32,000 nt of DNA from Caedibacter taeniospiralis (GTDB taxonomy: Bacteria > Pseudomonadota > Gammaproteobacteria > Francisellales > Francisellaceae). Shown here one piece after another: positions 16,359-25,481 of this stretch. How positions within the stretch are numbered: the first letter of the stretch is position 1; each line of letters starts with the position of its first letter. A model generated the notes under the pieces. It did no database searches. It was not told where the DNA came from and saw only the letters and a program-made list of their open reading frames with translations. The stretch covers positions 264 to 32,263 of the forward strand of contig NZ_PGGB02000004.1 in assembly GCF_002803295.2 (NCBI RefSeq), in the 5' to 3' direction. A program made the position numbers and the translations under genes.

Positions 16359-18700
16359 TTTGTACCCTTTTTAGAGGTGGTGTTGGCTTGAGGTGGTATT
16401 TGCTTAAACAGATCATTCAATGTATTTTCTGAGCTCTGTTGCAGGTATTGGTTTGAGAGGTTCTTTATGTGCCGTAATTTCTCAGTAATGAGCGCTTTAT
16501 TTTCATTGAGTTTTAAACCTTGCATTGTATTTAACTGATAGAACAGCTTGTATAACTGTTCGCCATTAACCAGATGCAAGGCTAAAGCTGACTGAGTTAA
16601 ATCAAAATATTCATTGTTCAATTTAGCTTCAAGCTCAATGGGATCAAATAGAACACTATCGGTTAAAAGCTCATTGCTTAGCGATGAATCCTGGTGATTT
16701 TGGGTTGAAGCATTGGCGTTTTGCTGCAAGTTGGCATCTGTACTACCATTCATCTCATGACTAACTAAGTCTGCATCTACCCCGTCTAAATAGTTGCTTG
16801 TTGTCATACCTTCCTGCAATAGGCTCGAGCTTAGGGGTAAAACATCCATTTTTTTATAGTCATGCTTTCCAAGGGCAATTTTAACGGAACGTACAAAAGC
16901 GATTCCATAAGGTTCTACCTTTAAAAGGTGGTTAATGGAGATGTGTTTGGTTTTTTTAGGCGCCGCATAAAAAGAGCGCATGCGTACGATATTTGATTTA
17001 AAGAAAACATGGGCCTCGCCTGGGAGCTGATCTTTTAGATCCATCAGATCAATTCTTGCACGTTTCTCAATACCTGCTTCTTTAGAATCTTTGTAACCTA
17101 AACTATTGCCATCCTGCCCCATGTTATAACTTCTAACGGTTGAAACATAAGCCTCTCCTGCTGTTTTGTTAAAAAAGTCCCAGGTTTCGGTGGGATCTTC
17201 AAGCTTCATGCACAACTTAATATTTGTATTTGCAAAAATTGAAGCTGCTTCTTCTTTCGATGCTTTTTGGAATGCGGGGATGTCTTGCCCTGCAAAGACA
17301 ACAGAGAATCCAAGTGAGCGTGCCTGGGCAGGAACCACAGCAAACCCTTGTACAGCGTAGTAACCATATTCATCCAGGATACATAAAAATGGGGTGTCAG
17401 AATTAGAAGGTTTAGATTCAATGACTTTTTTGTACTCCCCTTGAATCTTTGAACCAAGACCCGCAGCAAGCATGGCTTTTAATGAGGCAATAATTAATTT
17501 CCCCAAGTTAGACAGCTCATCAGGTGATTTCTCCAGTGCAGGAAGTAAGACCACAAGAATACGCCGATTCAGGATGACATCGCTGAAATCAACATCCGCA
17601 AGATTAGTGCGCATGATGTGTGCATAAACATCAGCCAGTGAGCCAAATATGCGCGTTAATTGCATGGTGATATAACCATGTTGTTCGTAGGTTTTATCCG
17701 ATTGTTTCCCGACGTTTTTCTGTTGATAGCCAGGCAGAGTTGCAAGGTAGTTATACATAGGATCGGTAACATCAGTAGGCAAGACCTCCTGAATCATTAT
17801 TATGTTATTGTTATGATCCAACACCTTTTGCTTATGCAGCAGATCTTCAACAACGTCAAGAATAAAATATCTACGAATCGTGTTAGCCTCAAGTAACAGA
17901 TAACCCTTGTCTCTCAGGTAAACCAACAGGCGCATCAAGGCTTCAACAAAAGAAATTGCTCGACCTTTCCACATATCGCCATCACCGCCTCCACTATCCG
18001 AAGAAGACATCATGCTGACAATCAATTGTGATAACATGCTTGAAGAACCCAAAGCGAAGGGATTTAAGGTATTGGATATCCTGTCTTTTTGGGGACCAAT
18101 AATATCTTCAGCCCCCGTCATATAGTTGATAACTAACAGATCATCCTCTCGTCCCATATATTTAGCCATCGAAAAGACTTGTGCATAAAGAGAATTGTCC
18201 CCTTTCCCATCCACATAAATAAATCCCGATCCTTGTGAAAGCGCATTAAATGCGATAGACAGAAGCGTTTGAGTCTTACCAGAACCCGTTGAACCAAGAA
18301 TAAGCGCATGAGTACGCATGTCTTCATCACTAAACCAGATTTCCTGATTAGTGCTGATGTCGTTACCAAAAAAGTAAAGACCCGATGGCTTTGAAATTTT
18401 CTTTTGTAGTAAGTTGCTATTTGATAAATCTGGGTGTTGCGCCCCTAGAGGAAGACGAAAGGGTAATATCGGAATTTGCCAAAATGCGTTCCAGAAAATT
18501 ACTAATACAAATAAAAAGAGTAAGTCACTAATAAGGGGTAACCAGGTTAAGGCAAATAATGAGATTAAAATTAAACAGATGCTTCCTAAGCGCGAGGAAG
18601 CTAAGTCATAGATCTGAAAAATTAAACCACGCGTGTCACGGATGCTGTCATTTGGGCGCGCTTCTTGCGCGCGCGCAAGTCCTCGTAGACCTTTACTCAT
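16355..18700 (-). CDS. icmO: IcmO/DotL (TrbC-like) type IV coupling ATPase
   Basis: 781 aa; Walker A LGSTGSGKTQTLLS; N-terminal TMs; SGFIYVDGKGDNSLYAQVF; LCILDEYGYYAVQGFAVVPAQARSLGFSVVFAGQD. Confidence 0.93.
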   Translation of the reverse strand: MSKGLRGLARAQEARPNDSIRDTRGLIFQIYDLASSRLGSICLILISLFALTWLPLISDLLFLFVLVIFWNAFWQIPILPFRLPLGAQHPDLSNSNLLQKKISKPSGLYFFGNDISTNQEIWFSDEDMRTHALILGSTGSGKTQTLLSIAFNALSQGSGFIYVDGKGDNSLYAQVFSMAKYMGREDDLLVINYMTGAEDIIGPQKDRISNTLNPFALGSSSMLSQLIVSMMSSSDSGGGDGDMWKGRAISFVEALMRLLVYLRDKGYLLLEANTIRRYFILDVVEDLLHKQKVLDHNNNIIMIQEVLPTDVTDPMYNYLATLPGYQQKNVGKQSDKTYEQHGYITMQLTRIFGSLADVYAHIMRTNLADVDFSDVILNRRILVVLLPALEKSPDELSNLGKLIIASLKAMLAAGLGSKIQGEYKKVIESKPSNSDTPFLCILDEYGYYAVQGFAVVPAQARSLGFSVVFAGQDIPAFQKASKEEAASIFANTNIKLCMKLEDPTETWDFFNKTAGEAYVSTVRSYNMGQDGNSLGYKDSKEAGIEKRARIDLMDLKDQLPGEAHVFFKSNIVRMRSFYAAPKKTKHISINHLLKVEPYGIAFVRSVKIALGKHDYKKMDVLPLSSSLLQEGMTTSNYLDGVDADLVSHEMNGSTDANLQQNANASTQNHQDSSLSNELLTDSVLFDPIELEAKLNNEYFDLTQSALALHLVNGEQLYKLFYQLNTMQGLKLNENKALITEKLRHIKNLSNQYLQQSSENTLNDLFKQIPPQANTTSKKGTK

Positions 18701-18989
18701 TTGAGCTCACTTTCTCCACTAGTTTTTCACGACCAAATAGCCATTCGCGCACATTCAATAAAAATACCCATAACGTTATCTGGTAACGGTTAAGGATAAA
18801 TAAGAGAATGCACATTGCGATACACAAGCATAATGTCCATGGTCTGAAGTGAAATAAGCAGAGTAAGATAGGCAGGAACACCTGTGCTTCGATGATAAAA
18901 AATTTGGGCTTTCTGCCGGAGTCTCGCCAGTGAGTTTGACTGTTATGCATTCTGTTTCCCCTTAAACTGCGGCTGGCAATAAAGTTCAA
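18693..18989 (-). CDS. icmT: IcmT (TraK-like) T4BSS protein
   Basis: HWRDSGRKPKFFIIEAQVFLPILLCLFHFRPWTLCLCIAMCILLFILNRYQITLWVFLLNVREWLFGR matches the IcmT pattern. The true start is probably the internal Met before HNSQTHWRD. Confidence 0.85.
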   Translation of the reverse strand: MNFIASRSLRGNRMHNSQTHWRDSGRKPKFFIIEAQVFLPILLCLFHFRPWTLCLCIAMCILLFILNRYQITLWVFLLNVREWLFGREKLVEKVSSNE

Positions 18990-20076
18990 AAGTTTGTGGG
19001 CTAATTAGTCCCTTTTGCAGTAAATGATTGGCATGGTGTTCAACAGAAGTGCTGTTTTGCTCCATGGCGTTATTGATCATATCTGCAGCATCATCAAGGG
19101 TAGATGACAACAGTTTTGCCCTAAGATGAGCATCAAGAATGATGTATTCTCTTAGGGCCGTGCGTTTCCCATCAGCACTTGGGATAAGGGTTTGCCAGAT
19201 GATTGCTGAAACGCTACTGAAAAAATCGTAGTAGATGCGTTGCTTTTCCGCCTGAGGAAAAAGCATCAGCAATCGGTTGACTGCTTGAGTCACTGATTGA
19301 CTGTGCAGTGTACTAAAAACGCTATGCCCCGTCAGTGCTGCTTCAATGACCGCCGAAATAGTTTCATTGTCACGTGACTCGCCAACCATGATGGCTGTTG
19401 GAGTTCGCCTAAGTGCATTTCTAATGGCATAGGCAAAGTTAGGCAGGCACCTTGGAACTTCAGATTGTGCTGCGATGGAATTTACGGTGTGTGATGGCAA
19501 AATATATTCTATAGGCGCTTCAAAGGTAATAATTTTCTCACCGGTGACACTTTTTTTTGCCCGTAATGTCAGCATTGAAGCAAGCAGTGTCGATTTCCCT
19601 GAGCCAGTTGCGCCGCATACCAGAACTATGCCTTTGTCGATAAAACTTAAATTAATGAGATCCTGTGGCAGTAATAAGGTGTCTATGGGGGGCGGAGTTG
19701 TACTTAGAATTCGCATGGAGACTTGAATACCAAGCTTTTCATATTGGTTAATTAAGCTCGCATTAACCCTAAATCTTAGTTTTTCACTTGTTGTCACATG
19801 ATGGGTGTAGCTAAAATCTAAATCATTACCCGTTAATACTTTAGCAGAAGCGTTGCTGCCATAGAGCAAATTAATAAAATCTTCAATTTCATTGCTGCTA
19901 AGATTTCTACTGGTAAGCCTGATGTGCTGACCATAGCGCATGCCAAACACAGGGCTATCCGTTTGCGCAGTTAAATCGCTGATATTATTTCGTACCGCAT
20001 AAGTTAGCAGCATGTCGTAATGACAATGTAGAAAATAAGGCGGTTCATGCTCAAACAGAGCGGATGCTAAAATCAT
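18943..20076 (-). CDS. dotB: DotB (TraJ-like) PilT/secretion-type ATPase
   Basis: Walker A GATGSGKSTLLASML; VGESRDNETISAVIEAALTGHSVFSTLHSQSVTQAVNRLL. Confidence 0.93.
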   Translation of the reverse strand: MILASALFEHEPPYFLHCHYDMLLTYAVRNNISDLTAQTDSPVFGMRYGQHIRLTSRNLSSNEIEDFINLLYGSNASAKVLTGNDLDFSYTHHVTTSEKLRFRVNASLINQYEKLGIQVSMRILSTTPPPIDTLLLPQDLINLSFIDKGIVLVCGATGSGKSTLLASMLTLRAKKSVTGEKIITFEAPIEYILPSHTVNSIAAQSEVPRCLPNFAYAIRNALRRTPTAIMVGESRDNETISAVIEAALTGHSVFSTLHSQSVTQAVNRLLMLFPQAEKQRIYYDFFSSVSAIIWQTLIPSADGKRTALREYIILDAHLRAKLLSSTLDDAADMINNAMEQNSTSVEHHANHLLQKGLISPQTFELYCQPQFKGKQNA

Positions 20077-20082
20077 AGTAAC

Positions 20083-20841
20083 TCACTTATTTTTTACCAC
20101 AGCGTTATCCAGGGGATCAAGCATGACTTGCCACAATTTGGTATTGTTTTGAAATTGTGGCTCAATAGTTAAGTTGATCTCATGATTATCAATCGCCAAG
20201 TTATGGCTGTCTGAAACAATCGATTTTATCTCTGTTGTGATATAAGGAGGAACAATCATATTACGGTTGATCAGTTCATAATACATAAGCATTCCACGAA
20301 AATCCCGATTTAATTCATGGACATGTTGCTTAAAGATATCAATAGCCTGCTCGACTCCTTGTTCCCAGCCGTAGTGAATTGCGATTTTCCAGATCTTTTG
20401 TTCTTGCTCATTCTGTGGCAGCACGGAACGATCAGGGAACTCAGGTTGAGAGAAATTTGTCACTAAGTAATCTCGCCACGTAGGAACGGTTGAGACAAAA
20501 TAGGCTTGTTTTGTAATGTGATACAGCTGACCATTTAGGGTAATTTTACGATTGCCAGCATCAATGTTAGATCGATTATAACCAGTTTCAATGACCGGCG
20601 GCAAAATGTGGTCAGTGAGTAACAAGCCGTTGAAATTATAGGTTTGGTATAACATGGCTGATAATTTTTGCAGGCTTTGATTCAGCATGGTTTGACCCTC
20701 ATATAATCCGCTTTGCGTCCCTAGTTCTAATGCCGCTTCTTTAATAGCTTTTTGCCGCATCGTCAGATGTGATTGGTCGTACTTAACGATGGGCGCATCG
20801 CTGTTTAGATTTGCTAGCTGATGTAAATCGATTGCGACCAT
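20083..20841 (-). CDS. dotC: DotC (TraI-like) T4BSS core complex protein
   Basis: LPPVIETGYNRSNI, YHITKQAYFVSTVPTWRDYL, WKIAIHYGWEQGVEQAIDIF, NRDFRGMLMYYELINRNMIVPPY are DotC signature stretches. Confidence 0.9.
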   Translation of the reverse strand: MVAIDLHQLANLNSDAPIVKYDQSHLTMRQKAIKEAALELGTQSGLYEGQTMLNQSLQKLSAMLYQTYNFNGLLLTDHILPPVIETGYNRSNIDAGNRKITLNGQLYHITKQAYFVSTVPTWRDYLVTNFSQPEFPDRSVLPQNEQEQKIWKIAIHYGWEQGVEQAIDIFKQHVHELNRDFRGMLMYYELINRNMIVPPYITTEIKSIVSDSHNLAIDNHEINLTIEPQFQNNTKLWQVMLDPLDNAVVKNK

Positions 20842-20843
20842 GT

Positions 20844-21329
20844 TTACAAATACCTGACACTGATGACTTTAGCTTCTGGGTTAATGTTTACACTGGCTTG
20901 CTTTCCTGATTGAACAGCAATATCTCTTAGGAGATTTAGTGCTGTGTCGTTGACAGGAGTATCAAGCTGACCAATGATAACAATAATCGGGAATGGTGGT
21001 GTTTTGCCGAAATATTGGACTTTGTAATTTACTGCTGAGCCAATTTGAGTCAGCACATTTTCTAAAGGTCCATAATAGGTTAGTGACAACGTCTTTAAAA
21101 GCGCTTCATCTTTCACACTAGCAAATGGAATGTCAGGATTACCATAGCGAATTGTGTTAGAGCGATTAAGTGCATTAAGTGATTGTTGCACAGATTCACT
21201 GGAATCTTTCAGCTCATTAATGATCAAGCTGTTAATATACTCAGGCTGGTACTTTTCTGGTGGATTGTTACTGACGTGACTGCATGCACTAAGCAATAGC
21301 AGACTTAACAATAATAGATTCTTTTTCAT
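20844..21329 (-). CDS. dotD: DotD (TraH-like) lipoprotein
   Basis: Lipobox LLLSAC; 161 aa; ...ENVLTQIGSAVNYKVQYFGKTPPFPIIVIIG...; directly upstream of dotC. Confidence 0.83.
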   Translation of the reverse strand: MKKNLLLLSLLLLSACSHVSNNPPEKYQPEYINSLIINELKDSSESVQQSLNALNRSNTIRYGNPDIPFASVKDEALLKTLSLTYYGPLENVLTQIGSAVNYKVQYFGKTPPFPIIVIIGQLDTPVNDTALNLLRDIAVQSGKQASVNINPEAKVISVRYL

Positions 21330-21385
21330 GGGTGATATTTATCCAAGTGAAGATTGGTTAGGTTTATTGAAGATTGACACACGTA

Positions 21386-21841
21386 TTATGATTTATCAAA
21401 AATATCTTTATCAATAGTAAACTCTTGAACCGAGTCACCTTTACCCATATTTTTGGAAATCGTTGATTGAAACATCTGAATTCCAGGGACTAAACAGGTC
21501 AGCAAAACGCCAAGTACCAGGTGACCCCCACCGTTTTTAATGTGTTCACCTTGCGATTGGGCGCCCTGGTTATGATGTTTTCTAAAAAGCTGAATAGCGC
21601 TATAAATAAACCACATCCCCACTAAAGTGGCGACAATTGAGATAAATGTCTTTATCTGACTAAAGAAGGTTATAATGCCTGTTGCCCAGGCCTTAAAATC
21701 CCCTGTTGTACCGTCAGCATAGCTTATTGTGCACGTCATGGCTAAGAAGAATATAACCGCCATGGTTTTTGTGATCGTCGATTTATTGATGTATTTCATG
21801 TTTTTCTCCGTTGGTTTGCTTATTGTAAATTTAACTATCAA
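21386..21841 (-). CDS. icmD: IcmD/DotP (TraQ-like) small membrane protein
   Basis: Signal peptide-like N-terminus; IKTFISIVATLVGMWFIYSAIQLFRKHHNQ, then GGGHLVLGVLLTCLVPGIQMF. An internal Met (MKYINKSTIT) is a more plausible start. Confidence 0.72.
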   Translation of the reverse strand: MIVKFTISKPTEKNMKYINKSTITKTMAVIFFLAMTCTISYADGTTGDFKAWATGIITFFSQIKTFISIVATLVGMWFIYSAIQLFRKHHNQGAQSQGEHIKNGGGHLVLGVLLTCLVPGIQMFQSTISKNMGKGDSVQEFTIDKDIFDKS

Positions 21842-21973
21842 TCTTAATTTCAGTGATTAAACCTTGACTTTGACAATATTTTGTCCAAGTTAAAGTGTGC
21901 GTTGCTGGCGTACATTCAACCCTGATCACTCAGGGTAAATAATTTGCCCATACTTCAATTTCACAGATCCTCT

Positions 21974-22594
21974 TTATCCACCGTGAAGATATTTCTCAAC
22001 ATCGTAGATGTTGTTGATAATATCCAGACAAGCGGCAGCATTCATTCCAACAATTCCTGCAATCAGGTGACTGATCACCTGACCAATTCCCCCCTCTCTT
22101 TGCCCCTCAGAGACTTTAATCATGAGAAAAATGCCACGAATTAAAGAAATAAATCCTACAATTGCCAACAGCGAAAAAATCAAATATTTTTGCGCCACGT
22201 CAACATCCTGAGCCTTACTGGCTTCAGATGCGTAGGCACTGATGGCATTAATCGGGTCAAGCGCCATCTCTTTAGGGAATAAAGTAGTGGTTAGCATGTC
22301 CAAAAAACCAGTGATTGACAGTAAGACAACCCCTGCAAAAAACATAAGCACCGTAGTGGACGGTGCATAATAGCGAAACATTTGCTGAGTCTTTCCGTGT
22401 TTTGTTAAACGGATAAACGCCATAAACAAAATACAAAAACCGATGATGATACCGATCCCACGCACAAGATCAAACACGGTGTAGTCCATACCACCTGTAC
22501 CCGTGCCCCCAAGTAAATTCTTGATGATATCGGTTATATATTGGATGATTTCGCTATCGTTTGTGCTACCAGCTATAAGTGGCATAGTGTTCAT
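21974..22594 (-). CDS. icmC: IcmC/DotE (TraR-like) membrane protein
   Basis: Multi-TM; VRGIGIIIGFCILFMAFIRLTKHGKTQQMF...VVLLSITGFLDML...IVGFISLIRGIFLMIKVSEGQREGGIGQVISHLIAGIVGMN. Confidence 0.8.
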   Translation of the reverse strand: MNTMPLIAGSTNDSEIIQYITDIIKNLLGGTGTGGMDYTVFDLVRGIGIIIGFCILFMAFIRLTKHGKTQQMFRYYAPSTTVLMFFAGVVLLSITGFLDMLTTTLFPKEMALDPINAISAYASEASKAQDVDVAQKYLIFSLLAIVGFISLIRGIFLMIKVSEGQREGGIGQVISHLIAGIVGMNAAACLDIINNIYDVEKYLHGG

Positions 22595-22827
22595 AGCCTT
22601 TGATTTAACCTAAGCCGCATTATTTGTCAGCATCATAGTTTTCTCAACAGATTTGGGATAACTTCATCATTTTGTCTTAAAGAAGTAATAGTTTTTCAAT
22701 GAGCTGAAAAATTGCATACATTATGTTACGTAGTTTTACGGTTTTTTCTTTTTGGAAAATATTGTAATATTGCACCTGAATTAAACTGTAATAATATGTA
22801 AAATTCATTGCTAATTATGGGGAATAT

Positions 22828-23430
22828 ATGACGCAACATCAATTTGCCTTTTTTGAAAAGGATAAATACGGAAAATTAGTTAACATCAATAAACAATATT
22901 TAACTTACCTTGGAATTCAAGATGAAAAGGAGCTCTGTGGTAAAAGTGAGGTAGACATAGCTGAGCTTAAGCCATTTCATAAGATGTACTCAATTGGTGA
23001 ACAGGAAGCTCGTTTGCTTAAGGGTGTATCAGTACAAAAAGAATTATTTTATTTTAGTGATAAGGGTCCTGAATCCATTATTACGACACGAACATATCTT
23101 AATCTGGATAAAGTCGAAATTAGAGGGTTCTTTTTTAAGATAGCAAAGACGCCAGTAACATGGGATGGTAAAAACCTCACTATATGGAATTATTTTAAAC
23201 CTGTGAAATTACCCCTTTTGAAATTTTATGTGCTTACATTAAAATGTCGTGGACACAACAATCTTGAAATCGCCAATCGTACTTTCAGAGCAGAATCTAC
23301 TATAAGAAACATCGTTCAGGACTTATATTGCGCATTTGAGGTGTACGACTTTGTCACGCTGGCTCGTTATTATGATTTAGGTGGCTGGCTAAATAAACTC
23401 ACTATGCAATTATTGAGTGAAAGATTTTAG
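22828..23430 (+). CDS. PAS-like sensor with a degenerate LuxR-like HTH
   Basis: FFEKDKYGKLVNINKQYLTYLGIQDEKELCGKSEVDI is PAS-like; C-terminal VLTLKCRGHNNLEIANRTFRAESTIRNIVQDLYCAFEVYDFVTL is HTH-like. Confidence 0.55.
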   Translation: MTQHQFAFFEKDKYGKLVNINKQYLTYLGIQDEKELCGKSEVDIAELKPFHKMYSIGEQEARLLKGVSVQKELFYFSDKGPESIITTRTYLNLDKVEIRGFFFKIAKTPVTWDGKNLTIWNYFKPVKLPLLKFYVLTLKCRGHNNLEIANRTFRAESTIRNIVQDLYCAFEVYDFVTLARYYDLGGWLNKLTMQLLSERF

Positions 23431-23435
23431 GCTTA

Positions 23436-24200
23436 CTATTGTTCGTGCTCTTGCTCTTTTGCATGCTGCCACTGAACAGGGGCGCTAAACAGATACCCCA
23501 CTCCATGGACAGTTTTTATTATCTGAGGATTTTTAGCATCAACCTCTATTTTGTTTCTGACTCTCATAACCATCATATCTACATTTCGATCAAATCCACT
23601 GTATTCTCTACCATACAACGTTTGAACAAGCATCTCTCTTGATAGAGGTTCTCCGTTATTTTCGATCAACAAATGCAGTATATCAAACTCTCTTGTTGTT
23701 AGCTCAACAGACATACCATTAGTGTGCACAAGTGAACGCTCCCTGGTGTTGAAGCACCAATCTTTGAAGTAGGCAAGATATGGGTGATGTGGTTCAAATT
23801 GTGAGGCTTCTGCTTTTAAAGTTGTTCTGCGTAGCACTGATTTGATTGTGGCAAGGAGAACCTTTGGATTAAATGGTTTTGTTACATAGTGGTCTGCACC
23901 TACCTCATAGGAAAGCACACGGTCAATATCGTCATCAGAGGCTGTTAGCATAATGGTTGGGATAGCGTGTTTAGTCTGTAGTCTTTTGCAAAACTCAATG
24001 CCATTTTCCATCGGTAAATTAATGTCCAGCAAAATCAAGCTTGGTTTTTGTAGATCAATCATTCTCGTTGCATCGCGCGTGTTGCTTGCAGTGATCACCT
24101 GGTAATTAGCTTCAGTTAAACTCTTGGACAGTAAGTTTCTTATTTCCCTATCATCATCAATAATTAGAATGATCGGTCGTGCAATAATATGTTGTGTCAT
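23436..24200 (-). CDS. OmpR/PhoB-family response regulator
   Basis: Receiver domain ILIIDDDREIR, LILLDINLP, IPTIMLTA, YVTKPFNP; winged helix ELTTREFDILHLL...GFDRNVDMMVMRVRNKIE...IKTVHGVGYLF. Confidence 0.95.
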   Translation of the reverse strand: MTQHIIARPIILIIDDDREIRNLLSKSLTEANYQVITASNTRDATRMIDLQKPSLILLDINLPMENGIEFCKRLQTKHAIPTIMLTASDDDIDRVLSYEVGADHYVTKPFNPKVLLATIKSVLRRTTLKAEASQFEPHHPYLAYFKDWCFNTRERSLVHTNGMSVELTTREFDILHLLIENNGEPLSREMLVQTLYGREYSGFDRNVDMMVMRVRNKIEVDAKNPQIIKTVHGVGYLFSAPVQWQHAKEQEHEQ

Positions 24201-24560
24201 TGTGTTTTCTCCCTGTTTTAGTTACATGCACACCTGGCACTTCTTTGTTAGGTAAAGTTCTCATCTGATAACTTAACAGCAACAGCTCAATCACTTGGTT
24301 TGTTGCTTATGGACTTAACTGAAGTAGTCAAGCATTTATATTGTCAGACAGTAAAACTGCTTAGGATACTTACCCATCGTAAATCATCCCCTTAAAGCAA
24401 TACTGCAAGGTAGCGCCAGTATATACCGTAAGATAGGCTAATTCAAGGTGTTGAATTTCCTTGCGCGAAAAAGTGACTGGGGGAGGTAAGGTCTCAACCC
24501 TACCGTATTTTAACGTGGAGACGGATTAGAACCCGTCTCTACATTGCGCGCTACCCCGTG

Positions 24561-25379
24561 CTACATTAATAACCAATAGCGCTTCGCATAATCAAACAAT
24601 TCATAGCTTTCGGCTAATCCAAGGACTTGTTTTAGGTGCTGTGTATAATTATCCACACTTCGACTAGAAACTTTCATCCGCTCTGCCAGTGTATTTTTTT
24701 CCGTGATCCCACGACCCAAGAGAGTAAAATACTGCATCTCCTTATCACTTAAGTTAAGGCTTAGCTGAATATTTTTATCCTTGGCTGTTTTTAGCCAGTG
24801 CGGTGGCAATGTTAGTGAAGTAAGTTGCTCTGAATATAGTGTAAATTCATCAAAATATTTTGTGATTAAAGGGGCAATATGAGAAATAAGTTTATTCAAC
24901 ATATGATACAAGTCACTCACGCGTAAATAGAGCGAAAGAATGTTGTGTATGCCCTCAAAGTACAATATAAAACGATGAATACTATTATCAAGCCAAAAGT
25001 AATAAGATATGGCATAACAATCACCATATTTGGAGTGCTCTGGGGTAAAAAGGTCTTGCCAGGCTTTGGCGTGCACCGCTATTTCAGACAAATGGCAAAA
25101 ACGTGGTAATAATGCGATTAAATCATAGTTTAAATAAGGATCTTCATAACGGTACCGACTTTTGCCACCATGAAAGCGATAAGCATAAGGATGATGATGC
25201 AAAGGGGCACACCAGGTAAAAGATTCGTTTACCAGCGCGTAATCAAGACCGCAACAGTTAAACGCCCTCAAGATAACCTCAAGCTGATCATCTAAATGAA
25301 ATTGATCAACGTTATGCAGATTATTGCTAATTTCGACACCATTTCCCTGAGTCGTTTTTCTTTTGTCATATGAGGTCAT
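24561..25379 (-). CDS. LuxR-type HTH transcriptional regulator (paralogue 4)
   Basis: C-terminal HTH: LSDKEMQYFTLLGRGITEKNTLAERMKVSSRSVDNYTQHLKQVLGLAESYELFDYAKRY. Confidence 0.72.
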   Translation of the reverse strand: MTSYDKRKTTQGNGVEISNNLHNVDQFHLDDQLEVILRAFNCCGLDYALVNESFTWCAPLHHHPYAYRFHGGKSRYRYEDPYLNYDLIALLPRFCHLSEIAVHAKAWQDLFTPEHSKYGDCYAISYYFWLDNSIHRFILYFEGIHNILSLYLRVSDLYHMLNKLISHIAPLITKYFDEFTLYSEQLTSLTLPPHWLKTAKDKNIQLSLNLSDKEMQYFTLLGRGITEKNTLAERMKVSSRSVDNYTQHLKQVLGLAESYELFDYAKRYWLLM

Positions 25380-25481
25380 TGAATTGGAAATAGATCAAAT
25401 TAAGGTGGACGGATATTACTTTACATTCAATAAAAATTCAACCTTAGAGATAGGTTAATCCCTTCCTGGCAAGTAGCACTA

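Noticed and set aside
24518-24539. GAGACGG...CCGTCTC inverted repeat downstream of the LuxR-type gene as a terminator
   Set aside because: 7-bp stem with no clear U-tract in the expected direction; too weak to call.
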